From Minisyncoccota bacterium (GTDB taxonomy: Bacteria > Patescibacteriota > Minisyncoccia > Phycocordibacterales > PALSA-1337), in assembly GCA_041665385.1 (NCBI GenBank), contig JBAYIX010000002.1, positions 50,932-114,931 of the forward strand: DNA of 64,000 bases. The letters run 5' to 3'. This document shows positions 9,701 through 19,926 of the stretch, in pieces. The first letter of the stretch is position 1. Each line of letters begins with the position of its first letter. The notes under the pieces were generated by a model. The model saw only the letters and a list, made by a program, of their open reading frames with translations, was not told the DNA's origin and searched no databases. The position numbers and the translations under genes are program-made.

Positions 9701-12226
9701 GTGAAAAAATGTATATCTGCGGTGTTTGCTGTATTGATCATTACTAACTTCTGCAATGAGGTTAAAAGTGAGATCAGGTATATGGTTACCGATATAAGCG
9801 GAAAAGAAACGGATATCATAAGCAGAGCATTTGGTATCAATAATCGTGGTCAAATAGGTGTTGATGGTAGAGTATCTGGGAAAAGCGGACTATTTATCTA
9901 CACCGAAGGCAAATTCGATCAGGTTGGGCCAGAGACAAATGATATTACATCTGGCTATGCGATAAATGATCTGGGTCAGGTCGTCGGTCGATCATTTCGC
10001 AACGGCACGTTTGGCGGTTACCCATTCATTGACAGAGGCGATGAGCTGATTGACTTCAATGACGGTGATCAGAGTCGACAAGGTGCATTATTGAGTATAA
10101 ACAACTTGGGTGATGCAGTCGGAGTTATCGATATAGGAGATCATGCAGAGGGCTTTACCTATGTCGGCAAACAGATCGGCCTCATAGGCACATTCGAATC
10201 TTCGGGTACATCTTTGATAGCCATCAATGATCTAGGTCACATGGCCGGAAATCTGAATGTTCCTGACTGGTCATCGAGGGAAGCCTTCATCTATGCGGAT
10301 GGAAAAATGAAAAGACTCGGTACCTTGGGTGGAGAGTATAGTTATGCCGTCGCAATGAACAACAGGGACCAGGTCGCCGGTATGTCACTCTTAAAAGATG
10401 ACAACCTCGCGCATGTGTTCCTATATTCAGACGGAGTCATGAAAGATATAGGTTCAAATCCGGATTCATATTTGAGTGTGAGTGATCTGAATATTCACGG
10501 ACAAATAGTTGGCTTTGTGGCATACAGTATAAAAGATCCAAACCATCTCACCTATCATGCATATCTTTTCTCGGAAAAAGAAAATGCAGACCTGAACACA
10601 CTCATCGATCCGACATCCGGCTGGGAACTGCACCAGGCATATGGAAACAATGACTGGGGTCAGATAATCGGAACGGGTTTGTTCAAAGGAAAATCAAAAG
10701 TGTTCCTACTCACTCCCCTGGGCGGGACGCCGATACAGGCGATACAGAAACAACCGGAACGGCCGACATATGGAGACTATCCGGTCAAGGAGGAAGGAAA
10801 GGATAGTCTGGTGGTGGTGACACATGGGTGGATAAAATCAGATAGTGATCCTACCGCATCGACTAAATGGGTTGAGGTAATGACAAATCATATATCTGAA
10901 TATTTTGTCAATAATAATATAAATAATTGGCAATTGTGCGGATATAGGTGGATAAATTACGCTCACATACCTAATTATCAAGGTGGACCCGAGACTGCTA
11001 TACGAAACTCTAGACAAATTGGTCAGAGTCTTGGTCTCAAAATATATCAACAAAAATACTCCCGTGTTCACTTCATCAGTCACAGTGCCGGCGCTGGTCT
11101 TATTCAAGCGGCAACAGATGTAATAAAAAAACACAATCCCTCTGTGCAAATCCAAGAAACATTTCTGGATCCGTATGTCGGGGCAGATTTCTCCGGCACT
11201 TCGTGGTATGGGACAAATGCTAATTGGGCAGATAACTACTCAAGTAAGGATAAGGAAACTGGAAATCATTATTTATCTTTTACCTATAATATTCTTCTAA
11301 ATGCGTACAACGTCGATGTCACCAGACTCGATGTTGCAAACAGGGTAAATATGCCCTACTGGACTACTGGTAACGATCAACCGTGTTACGTTACAGAATC
11401 AACTCATGGTTGGCCCGTAGAATTCTACCAGAATACAATCATTGGAAATACAACCAAAGAATATGAGGGATTTGGGTTTCAGTTGAGTCAGGAAGCGACA
11501 GAATGGGATTCGGTCTCAACAAGGTTCAAGGTCGGAAACACTAGTCCCGGACACATTCTCGGACATGCAGACCCGAACAATTGTCGTTTCAAATATCCGG
11601 TGCCATATTATCCTTCGTTCATCATGGACTTCATCGGTAATCCTTCCATACAAAGCGATACAGGCACAATTGAGAAATACTTAAATGGTAGTTTTGTCTC
11701 AAAAAGCGGTTCGCCAGTATGGATTGTAACTTCCGGTGTATCTACAAATGTGATTAATACAGTTTCGTTCGATGCGACATTCGGAAGCTTGACCGGATCC
11801 GAAGGACTCCTGACTGTTTATTGGAAAAGCAATATAGTTGGGTCTATTGACCAACGATACGTTCAAGATGGATTCCAACACTATTCCTTCCAATTTCCGA
11901 AAAATATCAGTAATGAATCATACTCACTCGGGTTTCGCCTGGACCCGTTTACGAAAATTCAGTCGGTGGTAATAGTAACGAATGTTATCGTATCAGTAAG
12001 CGGTGTAAGTGAGCCATTCTTACTCAAGCCTACAGGCAACACAAGCGATTCATATAGTTTACAATTGATAGGCCAAAAAGGATTTGAGTATAGGATTCAA
12101 TCCTCCGATGATCTATTCGATTGGAAAACTATTGCAGTCATTGTTAATACAACGGGTTCGGTGCAATTTATTGACACCGATACCACAGGGTCATCTCGTC
12201 GGTTCTACCGAGCGATAGTACCGTAA
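9701..12226 (+). CDS. Secreted HAF-repeat protein with alpha/beta-hydrolase domain and Verrucomicrobia-style C-terminal domain
   Basis: Signal peptide from GTG 9701; repeated (A)IND.GQ(V)VG and GTLGG..S.A units; VVTHGW...SHSAG lipase-like motif; C-terminus YRIQSSDDLFDW...RRFYRA. Confidence 0.75.
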   Translation: MKKCISAVFAVLIITNFCNEVKSEIRYMVTDISGKETDIISRAFGINNRGQIGVDGRVSGKSGLFIYTEGKFDQVGPETNDITSGYAINDLGQVVGRSFRNGTFGGYPFIDRGDELIDFNDGDQSRQGALLSINNLGDAVGVIDIGDHAEGFTYVGKQIGLIGTFESSGTSLIAINDLGHMAGNLNVPDWSSREAFIYADGKMKRLGTLGGEYSYAVAMNNRDQVAGMSLLKDDNLAHVFLYSDGVMKDIGSNPDSYLSVSDLNIHGQIVGFVAYSIKDPNHLTYHAYLFSEKENADLNTLIDPTSGWELHQAYGNNDWGQIIGTGLFKGKSKVFLLTPLGGTPIQAIQKQPERPTYGDYPVKEEGKDSLVVVTHGWIKSDSDPTASTKWVEVMTNHISEYFVNNNINNWQLCGYRWINYAHIPNYQGGPETAIRNSRQIGQSLGLKIYQQKYSRVHFISHSAGAGLIQAATDVIKKHNPSVQIQETFLDPYVGADFSGTSWYGTNANWADNYSSKDKETGNHYLSFTYNILLNAYNVDVTRLDVANRVNMPYWTTGNDQPCYVTESTHGWPVEFYQNTIIGNTTKEYEGFGFQLSQEATEWDSVSTRFKVGNTSPGHILGHADPNNCRFKYPVPYYPSFIMDFIGNPSIQSDTGTIEKYLNGSFVSKSGSPVWIVTSGVSTNVINTVSFDATFGSLTGSEGLLTVYWKSNIVGSIDQRYVQDGFQHYSFQFPKNISNESYSLGFRLDPFTKIQSVVIVTNVIVSVSGVSEPFLLKPTGNTSDSYSLQLIGQKGFEYRIQSSDDLFDWKTIAVIVNTTGSVQFIDTDTTGSSRRFYRAIVP

Positions 12227-12245
12227 TAGTTCTTTGCAGATTCAC

Positions 12246-12272
12246 AGGGCTCGCTTCGGCGGGCTCTTTTTT
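12246..12272 (+). terminator. Intrinsic terminator
   Basis: AGGGCTCGC-TTCG-GCGGGCTCT then a T run. Confidence 0.8.
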
Positions 12273-12538
12273 TATATTCCATACAGAAAAATAATAAAAA
12301 AAGATGGGTATTGAAATATAAAAACTATTCCTCCCAATAGGATAACCAGATATCCAATTAATTGAGAATTATTTAATTTAATAATTCGAAATCCAAAAAA
12401 CATTCCCAATATAATCAAGATCAAACTTGATCCTATTATAAGAATATTGAACATGCCTGGTAGTGAAGATACAAAAAATAATAATGTGGAAAGCGCGTAG
12501 CAGGTCACGGATATAATAATGTTTGTATGTTTTTTCAT
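12272..12538 (-). CDS. Small 3-TM membrane protein (array paralog)
   Basis: MKKHTNIIISVTCY...GMFFGF; own TGTATAAT promoter upstream. Confidence 0.7.
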   Translation of the reverse strand: MKKHTNIIISVTCYALSTLLFFVSSLPGMFNILIIGSSLILIILGMFFGFRIIKLNNSQLIGYLVILLGGIVFIFQYPSFFIIFLYGI

Positions 12539-12653
12539 GTTCATATAATTATACACCACTTATGGATATACACACTACCTACCGAATGACTATCCTGTGA
12601 GTCACGAAGAGCGTTTGAGTGGATTCCTTTATATTGACGCCTGACCTACAGCA

Positions 12654-12764
12654 TTAACAGATAGGACTAAAATAAGGAACAAGCAAATTATCCGAATAAA
12701 AAAACAGTGCAACTAGGATGATATAGGAGACAAATGATAGATGGACGTTTTTTAGGTTTTTTAT
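12654..12764 (-). pseudogene. Degenerate array paralog (ATA start, truncated)
   Basis: (I)KNLKNVHLSFVSYII matches the N-termini of neighbours; preceded by GGTATAAT. Confidence 0.5.
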
Positions 12765-12796
12765 ATTTAAATTATACCTTTTTAATGAAATCTGAA

Positions 12797-13102
12797 TTAA
12801 TATCCCGCAAAACCAGACATGAGTAGAAGATATCCGACTATGACAACAATTCCCATAACAGTACAAAGATTGCCAGCCCAGGCTGATTCTTTGATTTTGT
12901 TGCTTTTGAAACCGAAAAATACACCGCTGAAGAGTAATATAAATAAACCGATTAAAACGATCGCATTCATTACAATTCCAATATTAGAAGGTATAGAAGT
13001 TGTGCGAGTGAAATCGTCACCAATATTTATCCAGGTAATAAACCAAATCATTGCTAGAATGTAGGAACCTATAGAATAGAAAATATTTTTATATTGTTTC
13101 AT
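12797..13102 (-). CDS. Small 3-TM membrane protein (array paralog)
   Basis: MKQYKNIFYSIGSY...GVFFGFKS.K.KES. Confidence 0.7.
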   Translation of the reverse strand: MKQYKNIFYSIGSYILAMIWFITWINIGDDFTRTTSIPSNIGIVMNAIVLIGLFILLFSGVFFGFKSNKIKESAWAGNLCTVMGIVVIVGYLLLMSGFAGY

Positions 13103-13172
13103 GTTCAATATTATACACCATTTACGAAATCGCAGCCCTGTTAGGCATACACCTGCTACGGCAAGCTCTTTT

Positions 13173-13448
13173 TTATATAATTGAATCAATCATCATAAGA
13201 ATAGGTATTTCCAAGACCCATGTATAAAACAAACTCAATATACCCAAAATTAACAATATTTTTGCTAATCTTGAGGAATCACTAACCTTAGTTCCTTTGA
13301 AACTGATTATTATTCCAACTACTATTAATAAATAAAAGATGAAAAGATATCCGCTACCAACCAGATGAAATGTATATAGTAATATATATGCAAGTATATA
13401 AAGTGCCAAGGCCAATAGGGTGATCATATTCATTGATAAAGTTTTCAT
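13173..13448 (-). CDS. Small 3-TM membrane protein (array paralog)
   Basis: MKTLSMN...GIIISFKG.K.SDS; same upstream motif. Confidence 0.7.
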   Translation of the reverse strand: MKTLSMNMITLLALALYILAYILLYTFHLVGSGYLFIFYLLIVVGIIISFKGTKVSDSSRLAKILLILGILSLFYTWVLEIPILMMIDSII

Positions 13449-13578
13449 GTTGAAATAATTATACACTATTTATAAATATTTTTATACGCCGAAGAAATAA
13501 TCGAGTATCATTATTTTTTCTCATGTTTATGTAATTTAATATAATCTTCAATGTTAATTGTTCCCTCCCGGCATGAAC

Positions 13579-13815
13579 TTATTGATTTTGCGACAAAGAC
13601 ATAGCAAAAGAGAGTAATAGCAATATTATTATGCCACCTACACCAAGTATTGTAGCCATAACTGAAGAACCGTTTTTTCTATACTCCTTGAAAGCTAGGA
13701 AGATTCCAATTAGTAATAGTACTGCTGAAGTAAAATAAATAATATTATTTTGGATACCAGTATCTCTAATTGTCACAAAAGGAAATCCAAAATTGATAAG
13801 CAATAGTACTAACAA
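13579..13815 (-). CDS. Small membrane protein (array paralog, canonical start possibly lost)
   Basis: Upstream in-frame NINLIISVVCY is homologous to the paralogs but has no ATG; GIFLAFKE motif. Confidence 0.55.
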   Translation of the reverse strand: MLVLLLINFGFPFVTIRDTGIQNNIIYFTSAVLLLIGIFLAFKEYRKNGSSVMATILGVGGIIILLLLSFAMSLSQNQ

Positions 13816-13890
13816 ATAGCATACGACGGAAATAATGAGGTTAATATTTTGAGTTACAGGTTTGAAATTAATAATGATATTATTTATTAT

Positions 13891-14184
13891 TTACTGGCAA
13901 TTATATGCAGGGGTACATACACTTTGTATATAAAAAAATCCAAATATTATCAATACACCGATCAACATGAGTAAGTTACTCGCTATATCCGATTCCTTAT
14001 TTTTGCTTGCTTTATATGCAAAAAATATACCAAAGGCTACCAGTAATAAGCTTACAATGATAAATACATATCCATATTTCAGTGAACCGTTTACTGATAC
14101 GAGAAGTGAGGGTAAAACATAAGTAACGACAAATCCTAGGACATAGAAACAAAGAGATAGTGTAACATTTTTATATTCTTTCAT
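13891..14184 (-). CDS. Small 3-TM membrane protein (array paralog)
   Basis: MKEYKNVTLSLCFY...GIFFAYKASKNKES. Confidence 0.7.
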   Translation of the reverse strand: MKEYKNVTLSLCFYVLGFVVTYVLPSLLVSVNGSLKYGYVFIIVSLLLVAFGIFFAYKASKNKESDIASNLLMLIGVLIIFGFFYIQSVCTPAYNCQ

Positions 14185-14223
14185 GTTGACGTAATTATAC
14201 TACTTCCCTATTTCAAAACCATG

Positions 14224-14253
14224 TTGACAGAGTAAGGCCTACGGTGGTATAAT
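14224..14253 (+). promoter_or_regulatory. Sigma70-type promoter
   Basis: TTGACA-18 nt-TATAAT, with TG extension. Confidence 0.7.
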
Positions 14254-14265
14254 GGTGACAGAAGC

Positions 14266-14526
14266 ATGAAAACAACACGAATGCTCAGTCCCGAGGAAGC
14301 GGAGCAATTCTTCGCCCAATTGCGGAGAGTAGTTGAAAATGCTCCGAAGTCAGAACCCCGAGCCCCGTTTAGCCTTCCATCCAGCCACTACACATTCCAT
14401 AGGGCCGAGAAGCCCGTGCGTAAGTCGGCTCGAGTGGATCGCTCAGATGGAGACCAGATCGGCTGGATGACCGAATGGGAGGAAAGAGAGGAACAAAGAA
14501 ACACCAGATTCAAATTCAAAATGTAG
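14266..14526 (+). CDS. Hypothetical protein
   Basis: ORF between a consensus promoter and the terminator AAAAGCGCCGA..TCGGCGCTTT. Confidence 0.6.
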   Translation: MKTTRMLSPEEAEQFFAQLRRVVENAPKSEPRAPFSLPSSHYTFHRAEKPVRKSARVDRSDGDQIGWMTEWEEREEQRNTRFKFKM

Positions 14527-14576
14527 GAATACCATGCAGATCCGTAAAAAGCGCCGAACAACAATCGGCGCTTTAT

Positions 14577-16202
14577 CTATGCTTTTTCGAATGGTTCCAT
14601 CTCAACTATGAATGTCGAGCCCTTGCCTTCTCCGCGCGACTCTGCACGGATAGTGCCATGATGAGCCTCTATCATCTCTTTTGCCACATACAGTCCGAGA
14701 CCGGTACCTTTTATATTCACCTTGTTCGCATTATTTGCCCGACTGAACTTCTGGAAAAGTCTGGGCAATATTTCCGGAGCGATGCCGATACCAGTGTCGC
14801 TGATCTTGAATATGAATTTGTGATTCTTGCTATCATAGGAAAGTTCGGCATCTACCCTGCCGCTCGGTGTGTATTTCATGGAGTTGTCTATGAGGTTTAC
14901 GATGACTTGCTTGAGCTTGTCTCGGTCTGCAGTGGTCCGATAGTCACTGTGAGATTCCGAAGCATGGAATGAAAATGCAAGTTTTGTTTTCTCGATATTG
15001 GGTTTGATTTCTCCTATAACATCCTCGATGAGCTGTTTCAGGTCGATGGTTTCGAAAGCATACTTCATGGTACCGAGCTCTATCCTGCTCACATTCAGAT
15101 AGTCATCGACGATACTGACCAGAGTCTTCGAGGATTCAAATATTCGGCTCACGCCAGTCTTGGCTTCTTCGGATATCGCACCCATGTCACCTTCGAGTAG
15201 GAGCGAGGCATAACCCTTCATGGCGGTGAGCGGTGCACGGAGCTGGTGGTTCGCAAAGGAGACGAATTCGGATTTCTGACGATCCAGGTCGGTGAGACGC
15301 GTGTTGGCTTTTTGGAGATCTGCTGCAAGTTTTTCAATGCGTTCGCGTTGATTCACTTCTTGATAAAGCATTTTAAGCAACAAAATAGTGAACCATACTG
15401 TAAAAGCAAGTAGCAGTGAATTAATAAATATATTATAAAAAGTTTGTGCTAAGAGTATATTTATCACAAATACAATATTTATCGCCCCGGCAAAAAGCTG
15501 AATTGCAACATTTTTAATATTAAATAGTTTGTAATGAAGAGCCGCGTAACTAAATATAAATGGACTAGCCATAAGCATAAACGTCCCTATCAAATCATAG
15601 GGTTGTGGAATTGAATATCCTAACATAAGAGGAAAATTTATTGATCCACCAATGAAACCTAATATTGATCCAATAAAAAGATAGCCCATTCTGTAACGGA
15701 TCTCTCCCCTTGAGTGAATAAGGCTTCTAAGTAAAAAAATTAAACCCGTAAGAATGAAACCTATGTAACCAATAATTATAAAGTATAAGTAGAGCGGACC
15801 AGCAATAGGCCAATACGGAAAGACCGATATACTTCTTACCCCCGAAACATAATAATCTGTAAAACTGAACGATGCAAAAAAGAACGTAATTAAGTAACAA
15901 ATTCTTATAAAATACTTAGCCTTGATTTCATAATCAATAGCGGTAAATACCCAGTGTAAAAATAGTACGGGTATAAATGTTGCCCCTAGATTTAATAGTC
16001 TGGCAAAAAATAATGCCGTCTCGGGATCCGAATTAGTTTTCAATAGACCGAACCATGAATAACTCCAGACAGCAAAAGCGAATGCTAAGAGAGCGAATCT
16101 ACGTGCTTGTACATTTTCTTGATTTTTCCAAATAGCAAAACATCCGAAACCAGTGAAAAAGAAAGCTGTTATTATTACTGATGATTGATAGATGTCAAGC
16201 AT
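14577..16202 (-). CDS. Sensor histidine kinase with multi-TM (7TM-type) N-terminus
   Basis: H-box NHQLRAPLT, N-box NLIDNSMKY, DTGIG, GTGLGL. Confidence 0.93.
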   Translation of the reverse strand: MLDIYQSSVIITAFFFTGFGCFAIWKNQENVQARRFALLAFAFAVWSYSWFGLLKTNSDPETALFFARLLNLGATFIPVLFLHWVFTAIDYEIKAKYFIRICYLITFFFASFSFTDYYVSGVRSISVFPYWPIAGPLYLYFIIIGYIGFILTGLIFLLRSLIHSRGEIRYRMGYLFIGSILGFIGGSINFPLMLGYSIPQPYDLIGTFMLMASPFIFSYAALHYKLFNIKNVAIQLFAGAINIVFVINILLAQTFYNIFINSLLLAFTVWFTILLLKMLYQEVNQRERIEKLAADLQKANTRLTDLDRQKSEFVSFANHQLRAPLTAMKGYASLLLEGDMGAISEEAKTGVSRIFESSKTLVSIVDDYLNVSRIELGTMKYAFETIDLKQLIEDVIGEIKPNIEKTKLAFSFHASESHSDYRTTADRDKLKQVIVNLIDNSMKYTPSGRVDAELSYDSKNHKFIFKISDTGIGIAPEILPRLFQKFSRANNANKVNIKGTGLGLYVAKEMIEAHHGTIRAESRGEGKGSTFIVEMEPFEKA

Positions 16203-16204
16203 AA

Positions 16205-17014
16205 TTATTGTTTTGCCAATTTAGTTATAAAAATATTGCTACAAATTCTCCTTATTTGGGAATCAAACATAAAATATATTCTATAAAGAACAAATACCAG
16301 ACTATGTTTTTTAAGAAGCCAGAGACTGAACAAATTTTCAATATCGCAGATATTTAAAATATTTTTTCCTTCTTCTCGAAGAAATTGAATATATAAATTC
16401 CCAACATATACTGGTATTCTTCGTCTATGTTTCATCTTTTTTGAAATAATATGATCAATATTTGAAAATGGCCCTTCGTCTTTAATTATATGGTTTGGAT
16501 TTAGATTAAGCATTGCATCACTTAAGCCATTCCATTCTACAACTTTACTTTGAGGATTTAAATGAGCAGTATTAACTGAAAGTGGCTCATCGTCTGATGG
16601 ATCACATTTGATCCATTTATTATTTAGGTATACATTGCAATAGACATGTTTTGATTTACGAGATACATTCCGCGCAAGATGTGGTAACACAATAGGACCA
16701 AAATAATCTGGACCAACAACATCCATAACTCCATATCCTGCTGGAATATTTGCAGCACGTAAAAGTGCAATTAGTAAATTAGCATTATTAGTACACGTGC
16801 CCCCTTTTTCCTTTAATGTATCAGATGCTTTTTTCGTCCAATGTCCAACCTTATAGACTGTTGAATCTCTAACAAAATAAAACAATTTTTTAGCCAGCTC
16901 AGTACTATTAGAACTATTATCCATAAAATATTTTGCAATCTTTTGAATCTCATAATTCTCACAATCACAGTAATAAGTAGCTTTTAGAAATGATTTCAAA
17001 TTATGTTTTTTCAT
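16205..17014 (-). CDS. Transglutaminase-like superfamily protein
   Basis: GTCTNNANLLIALLRAANIPA, H(VY)C.VY..KWIKCD: Cys-His-Asp triad. Confidence 0.85.
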   Translation of the reverse strand: MKKHNLKSFLKATYYCDCENYEIQKIAKYFMDNSSNSTELAKKLFYFVRDSTVYKVGHWTKKASDTLKEKGGTCTNNANLLIALLRAANIPAGYGVMDVVGPDYFGPIVLPHLARNVSRKSKHVYCNVYLNNKWIKCDPSDDEPLSVNTAHLNPQSKVVEWNGLSDAMLNLNPNHIIKDEGPFSNIDHIISKKMKHRRRIPVYVGNLYIQFLREEGKNILNICDIENLFSLWLLKKHSLVFVLYRIYFMFDSQIRRICSNIFITKLAKQ

Positions 17015-17669
17015 ATATATGTCTTAGAATTTTCTCGGCAATTTTCTTTTTTCCAGTAGCTTTTTCAATAATATTCTGCTTATCAATAATATACGCTTCA
17101 TGATCAGTAAATTTTGAATCATAAATATTCGCTACAATTAAATCTGCGTTAGATTTCTGTAAACTATTAAAAGCAATGCTAGTTAATTTTTCAACAGTGA
17201 CACCAACCTCAAGTTTAAACTTAATTAAAAAAACATTTGGAGCATACTTTTTTATATCATCAACAATTTTTTTTGTAGGTATAAGCCTAAGTATTAGATT
17301 ATTTGTATTAGATTTTATCTTCCCTATATGTACTTTTTTTAGCTTAAAATCGGATACGGCCGCAGAATGTACAACAGCATCAAATTTCTGTGAGATTAAA
17401 GCATTTTTCATTAATAAATCGAGTTCATCAAAATATTTAAATCTAATGACATTAATATTAACTGGTAATTTCAAAGAGGATACATCCATAGAAGGACCTA
17501 ATAATAACGTGACGTTTGCGCCATGTTGAGCAGCAGCTTCTGCAATCGTTAATCCAATTTTACCCTTAAAGATGTTTGTTATGACACGAACAGTGTCTAT
17601 GGAAACCCATGTTGAACCGGCACTTACCAAAATATTAAATCCCGTGAGCGATTTATTTTTTAAAATCAT
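17001..17669 (-). CDS. CoaB-like phosphopantothenate--cysteine ligase domain protein
   Basis: ILVSAGSTWVSIDTVRVITN, HSAAVSDF, FKLE, ADLIVAN. Confidence 0.85.
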   Translation of the reverse strand: MILKNKSLTGFNILVSAGSTWVSIDTVRVITNIFKGKIGLTIAEAAAQHGANVTLLLGPSMDVSSLKLPVNINVIRFKYFDELDLLMKNALISQKFDAVVHSAAVSDFKLKKVHIGKIKSNTNNLILRLIPTKKIVDDIKKYAPNVFLIKFKLEVGVTVEKLTSIAFNSLQKSNADLIVANIYDSKFTDHEAYIIDKQNIIEKATGKKKIAEKILRHIYEKT

Positions 17670-18220
17670 AATAATATTTTCTCTATTTCTTTTATAATTT
17701 CATCATTATCGGCAATTTTTCCAATTCCATTATCTCGACAAGCTAACACTCCCGATCTTGGTTCAACAATTAAAAACTTTGTTGTGTCTTTTAATGTTTT
17801 TAAATTTTTTTGGAACATTGGATTATTCCACATGTTTGAATTCATTGCTGGGCAAAGAATTATTTTTATATCGGGTAATGACGCACTGATTATTGTTGTT
17901 AAAAGATTATCTGCTAGACCATTTGCAATCTTACCAATTGTATTTGCGGTAGCAGGAGCAATTACAATAATATCGGGCCAATGAGAAATTGAGATATGTT
18001 CAATAAAAAAAGGATCTAATGGATTCCAAAGATCATCATATACCGGCTGATTAGTTAACGATTGGAAAGTCAGAGGGGTAATAAATTTTTTTGCCGACTC
18101 AGTCATAACGACCCTAACCACCGTTTTTTTTGAAATTAGCATATTTACAAGAGAACAAACCTTGTAGGCTGCAATCCCACCAGTAATACCAACTAGAATT
18201 TTTTTGCCATCCATATGCAT
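17666..18220 (-). CDS. CoaC-like flavoprotein (HFCD cysteine decarboxylase)
   Basis: GITGGIAAYK, HIS, APATANTIGK, PAMNSNMW, LAC..GIGK. Confidence 0.88.
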   Translation of the reverse strand: MHMDGKKILVGITGGIAAYKVCSLVNMLISKKTVVRVVMTESAKKFITPLTFQSLTNQPVYDDLWNPLDPFFIEHISISHWPDIIVIAPATANTIGKIANGLADNLLTTIISASLPDIKIILCPAMNSNMWNNPMFQKNLKTLKDTTKFLIVEPRSGVLACRDNGIGKIADNDEIIKEIEKILL

Positions 18221-18252
18221 TAAAAAATTATACCATATTTACTGCTATAATA

Positions 18253-19926
18253 ATGACTATGGATATAAGCATTCCTACCATATTGATATGGATCACGGCA
18301 ATAATAATTATTAGTCTGGATTTGGTTATTGTAATAGGTAGCCGTAATTTATCATCGCGAGTTTTTGCTGCATTAAGTTTTACAACTGCAATTTGGGTAA
18401 TCTCATCAGGCTTTTTCATATCAACACTATCATCTAATGTTTCAAATATTTTAATCCGCTTTCAGTACGTGCTTGGAATATCAATAGCCTTAGGCTTTTA
18501 TTTATTTTCATTAATTTATCCTAATGACAAAAAGATAACTAAAAAACACATATATGTACCCATATTAATCATCATCATTTTTGCTTACTTATTTTTATTT
18601 TCAAATCACTTAATTATTTATACATTTTACATTGGAGGAATAAATAAGTGGGGATGGAATTTTGGGAATTTTCAGTGGCTATTTGAATTTGCTTTCTGTG
18701 GACTATGGACGTTTGCTCTTCTAAATCTTTATCGTACATACAAGAACTCCTCTGGACCACTACGCATAAATCTTAAAAATATGTTTTGGGCACTATTTTT
18801 AGGCATAATTCCGCCAACCATCGTAAATATTTTATTACCGGCAATTGGTTACTTTCGACTTAACTGGTTCGGTCCAGTAACAAGCGCAATCTGGATACTC
18901 ATCATTGCTTATTCGATTATTCGCTACCGCCAGATGAGCGTACGGATCGTAGTAACAGAGGCATTGGCTGTTGCTATGACGGCGATATTTTTCATAAACA
19001 TTTTCATTGATTTTGCACCGAACATTTACATTCGCATTGTAACCTTTACCGCTTTTATTATACTCGCATATTTCCTGATACGCGGTGCCCTCCTCGAATC
19101 CCGCCAAAAGGAACAACTCGCAGACTTGAATCAGAACCTAGAAGCAAAAGTTGCCGAGCAGACGGCGGAGATCCGTCGCGCGTATGAAGTGGAAAAGAAG
19201 GCTCGAGTCGATCTGGAAAAACTGAATGACAGCAAAAACCAGTTCATCATGATCACCCAGCATCATTTGCGGACGCCGGTGACGAGCATCAGCTGGCAAC
19301 TGGAGTCCATGATATCGGGCGAATACGGCACACTCTCACCGGAGCTCCACACCGCCGTTCTCGAGACCGAAGAATCCACCAAGCGTCTGACGCACATCAT
19401 CGATGATTTTCTAGACATAGCCGCGATGAAAGCTGGCAGCAATATTCTGAACTTTACCGAAAGGAGCCTCCTGTCCGCTATGCAAGAAGTACTGCACGAC
19501 CTCCGCACAGACATTGCGAGGAAGCACATAAGTGTCACCTATCCCGAAACAAATGATGACTGGCCGAAGCTCCATGTCGACTACGAGAAGATGCGCGACA
19601 TCCTCCTCATCGTCATCGAAAATGCCGTGCGCTACAACTATGAGGCTGGCAGTATCACGATCACGACTCGTACACATTCGCACAAGTTTGAAATCTTTAT
19701 AAAAAACACCGGCATAGGCATCACTCCCGAAGAATCGGAAAAGATAGGCTCGACCCTGTTCTACCGCGGAATGGAAGCCAGGAAACAAAATGCTATCGGC
19801 ATGGGAGTCGGTCTGTCTGTGAGCAAAGCCATCATTCGTGGACATCAAGGCAGTTTTGATATCGAGTCGAAAGGCCCGGGCATGGGTGCGACTGTGACCA
19901 TCACTCTACCACTAAAGCAAAACTAA
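18253..19926 (+). CDS. Sensor histidine kinase with multi-TM (7TM-type) N-terminus
   Basis: H-box QHHLRTPVT, ENAVRYN, NTGIG, GMGVGL. Confidence 0.92.
   Translation: MTMDISIPTILIWITAIIIISLDLVIVIGSRNLSSRVFAALSFTTAIWVISSGFFISTLSSNVSNILIRFQYVLGISIALGFYLFSLIYPNDKKITKKHIYVPILIIIIFAYLFLFSNHLIIYTFYIGGINKWGWNFGNFQWLFEFAFCGLWTFALLNLYRTYKNSSGPLRINLKNMFWALFLGIIPPTIVNILLPAIGYFRLNWFGPVTSAIWILIIAYSIIRYRQMSVRIVVTEALAVAMTAIFFINIFIDFAPNIYIRIVTFTAFIILAYFLIRGALLESRQKEQLADLNQNLEAKVAEQTAEIRRAYEVEKKARVDLEKLNDSKNQFIMITQHHLRTPVTSISWQLESMISGEYGTLSPELHTAVLETEESTKRLTHIIDDFLDIAAMKAGSNILNFTERSLLSAMQEVLHDLRTDIARKHISVTYPETNDDWPKLHVDYEKMRDILLIVIENAVRYNYEAGSITITTRTHSHKFEIFIKNTGIGITPEESEKIGSTLFYRGMEARKQNAIGMGVGLSVSKAIIRGHQGSFDIESKGPGMGATVTITLPLKQN

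Noticed and set aside
12272-14205. Integron cassette array
   Set aside because: No attC-like RYYYAAC...GTTRRRY palindromes between the genes, no integrase in the window, and the genes have their own promoters.
17666-18220. LanD/EpiD-type RiPP decarboxylase
   Set aside because: It has the CoaC LAC..G.G clamp and an adjacent CoaB-like gene; I saw no neighbouring precursor ending in Cys.
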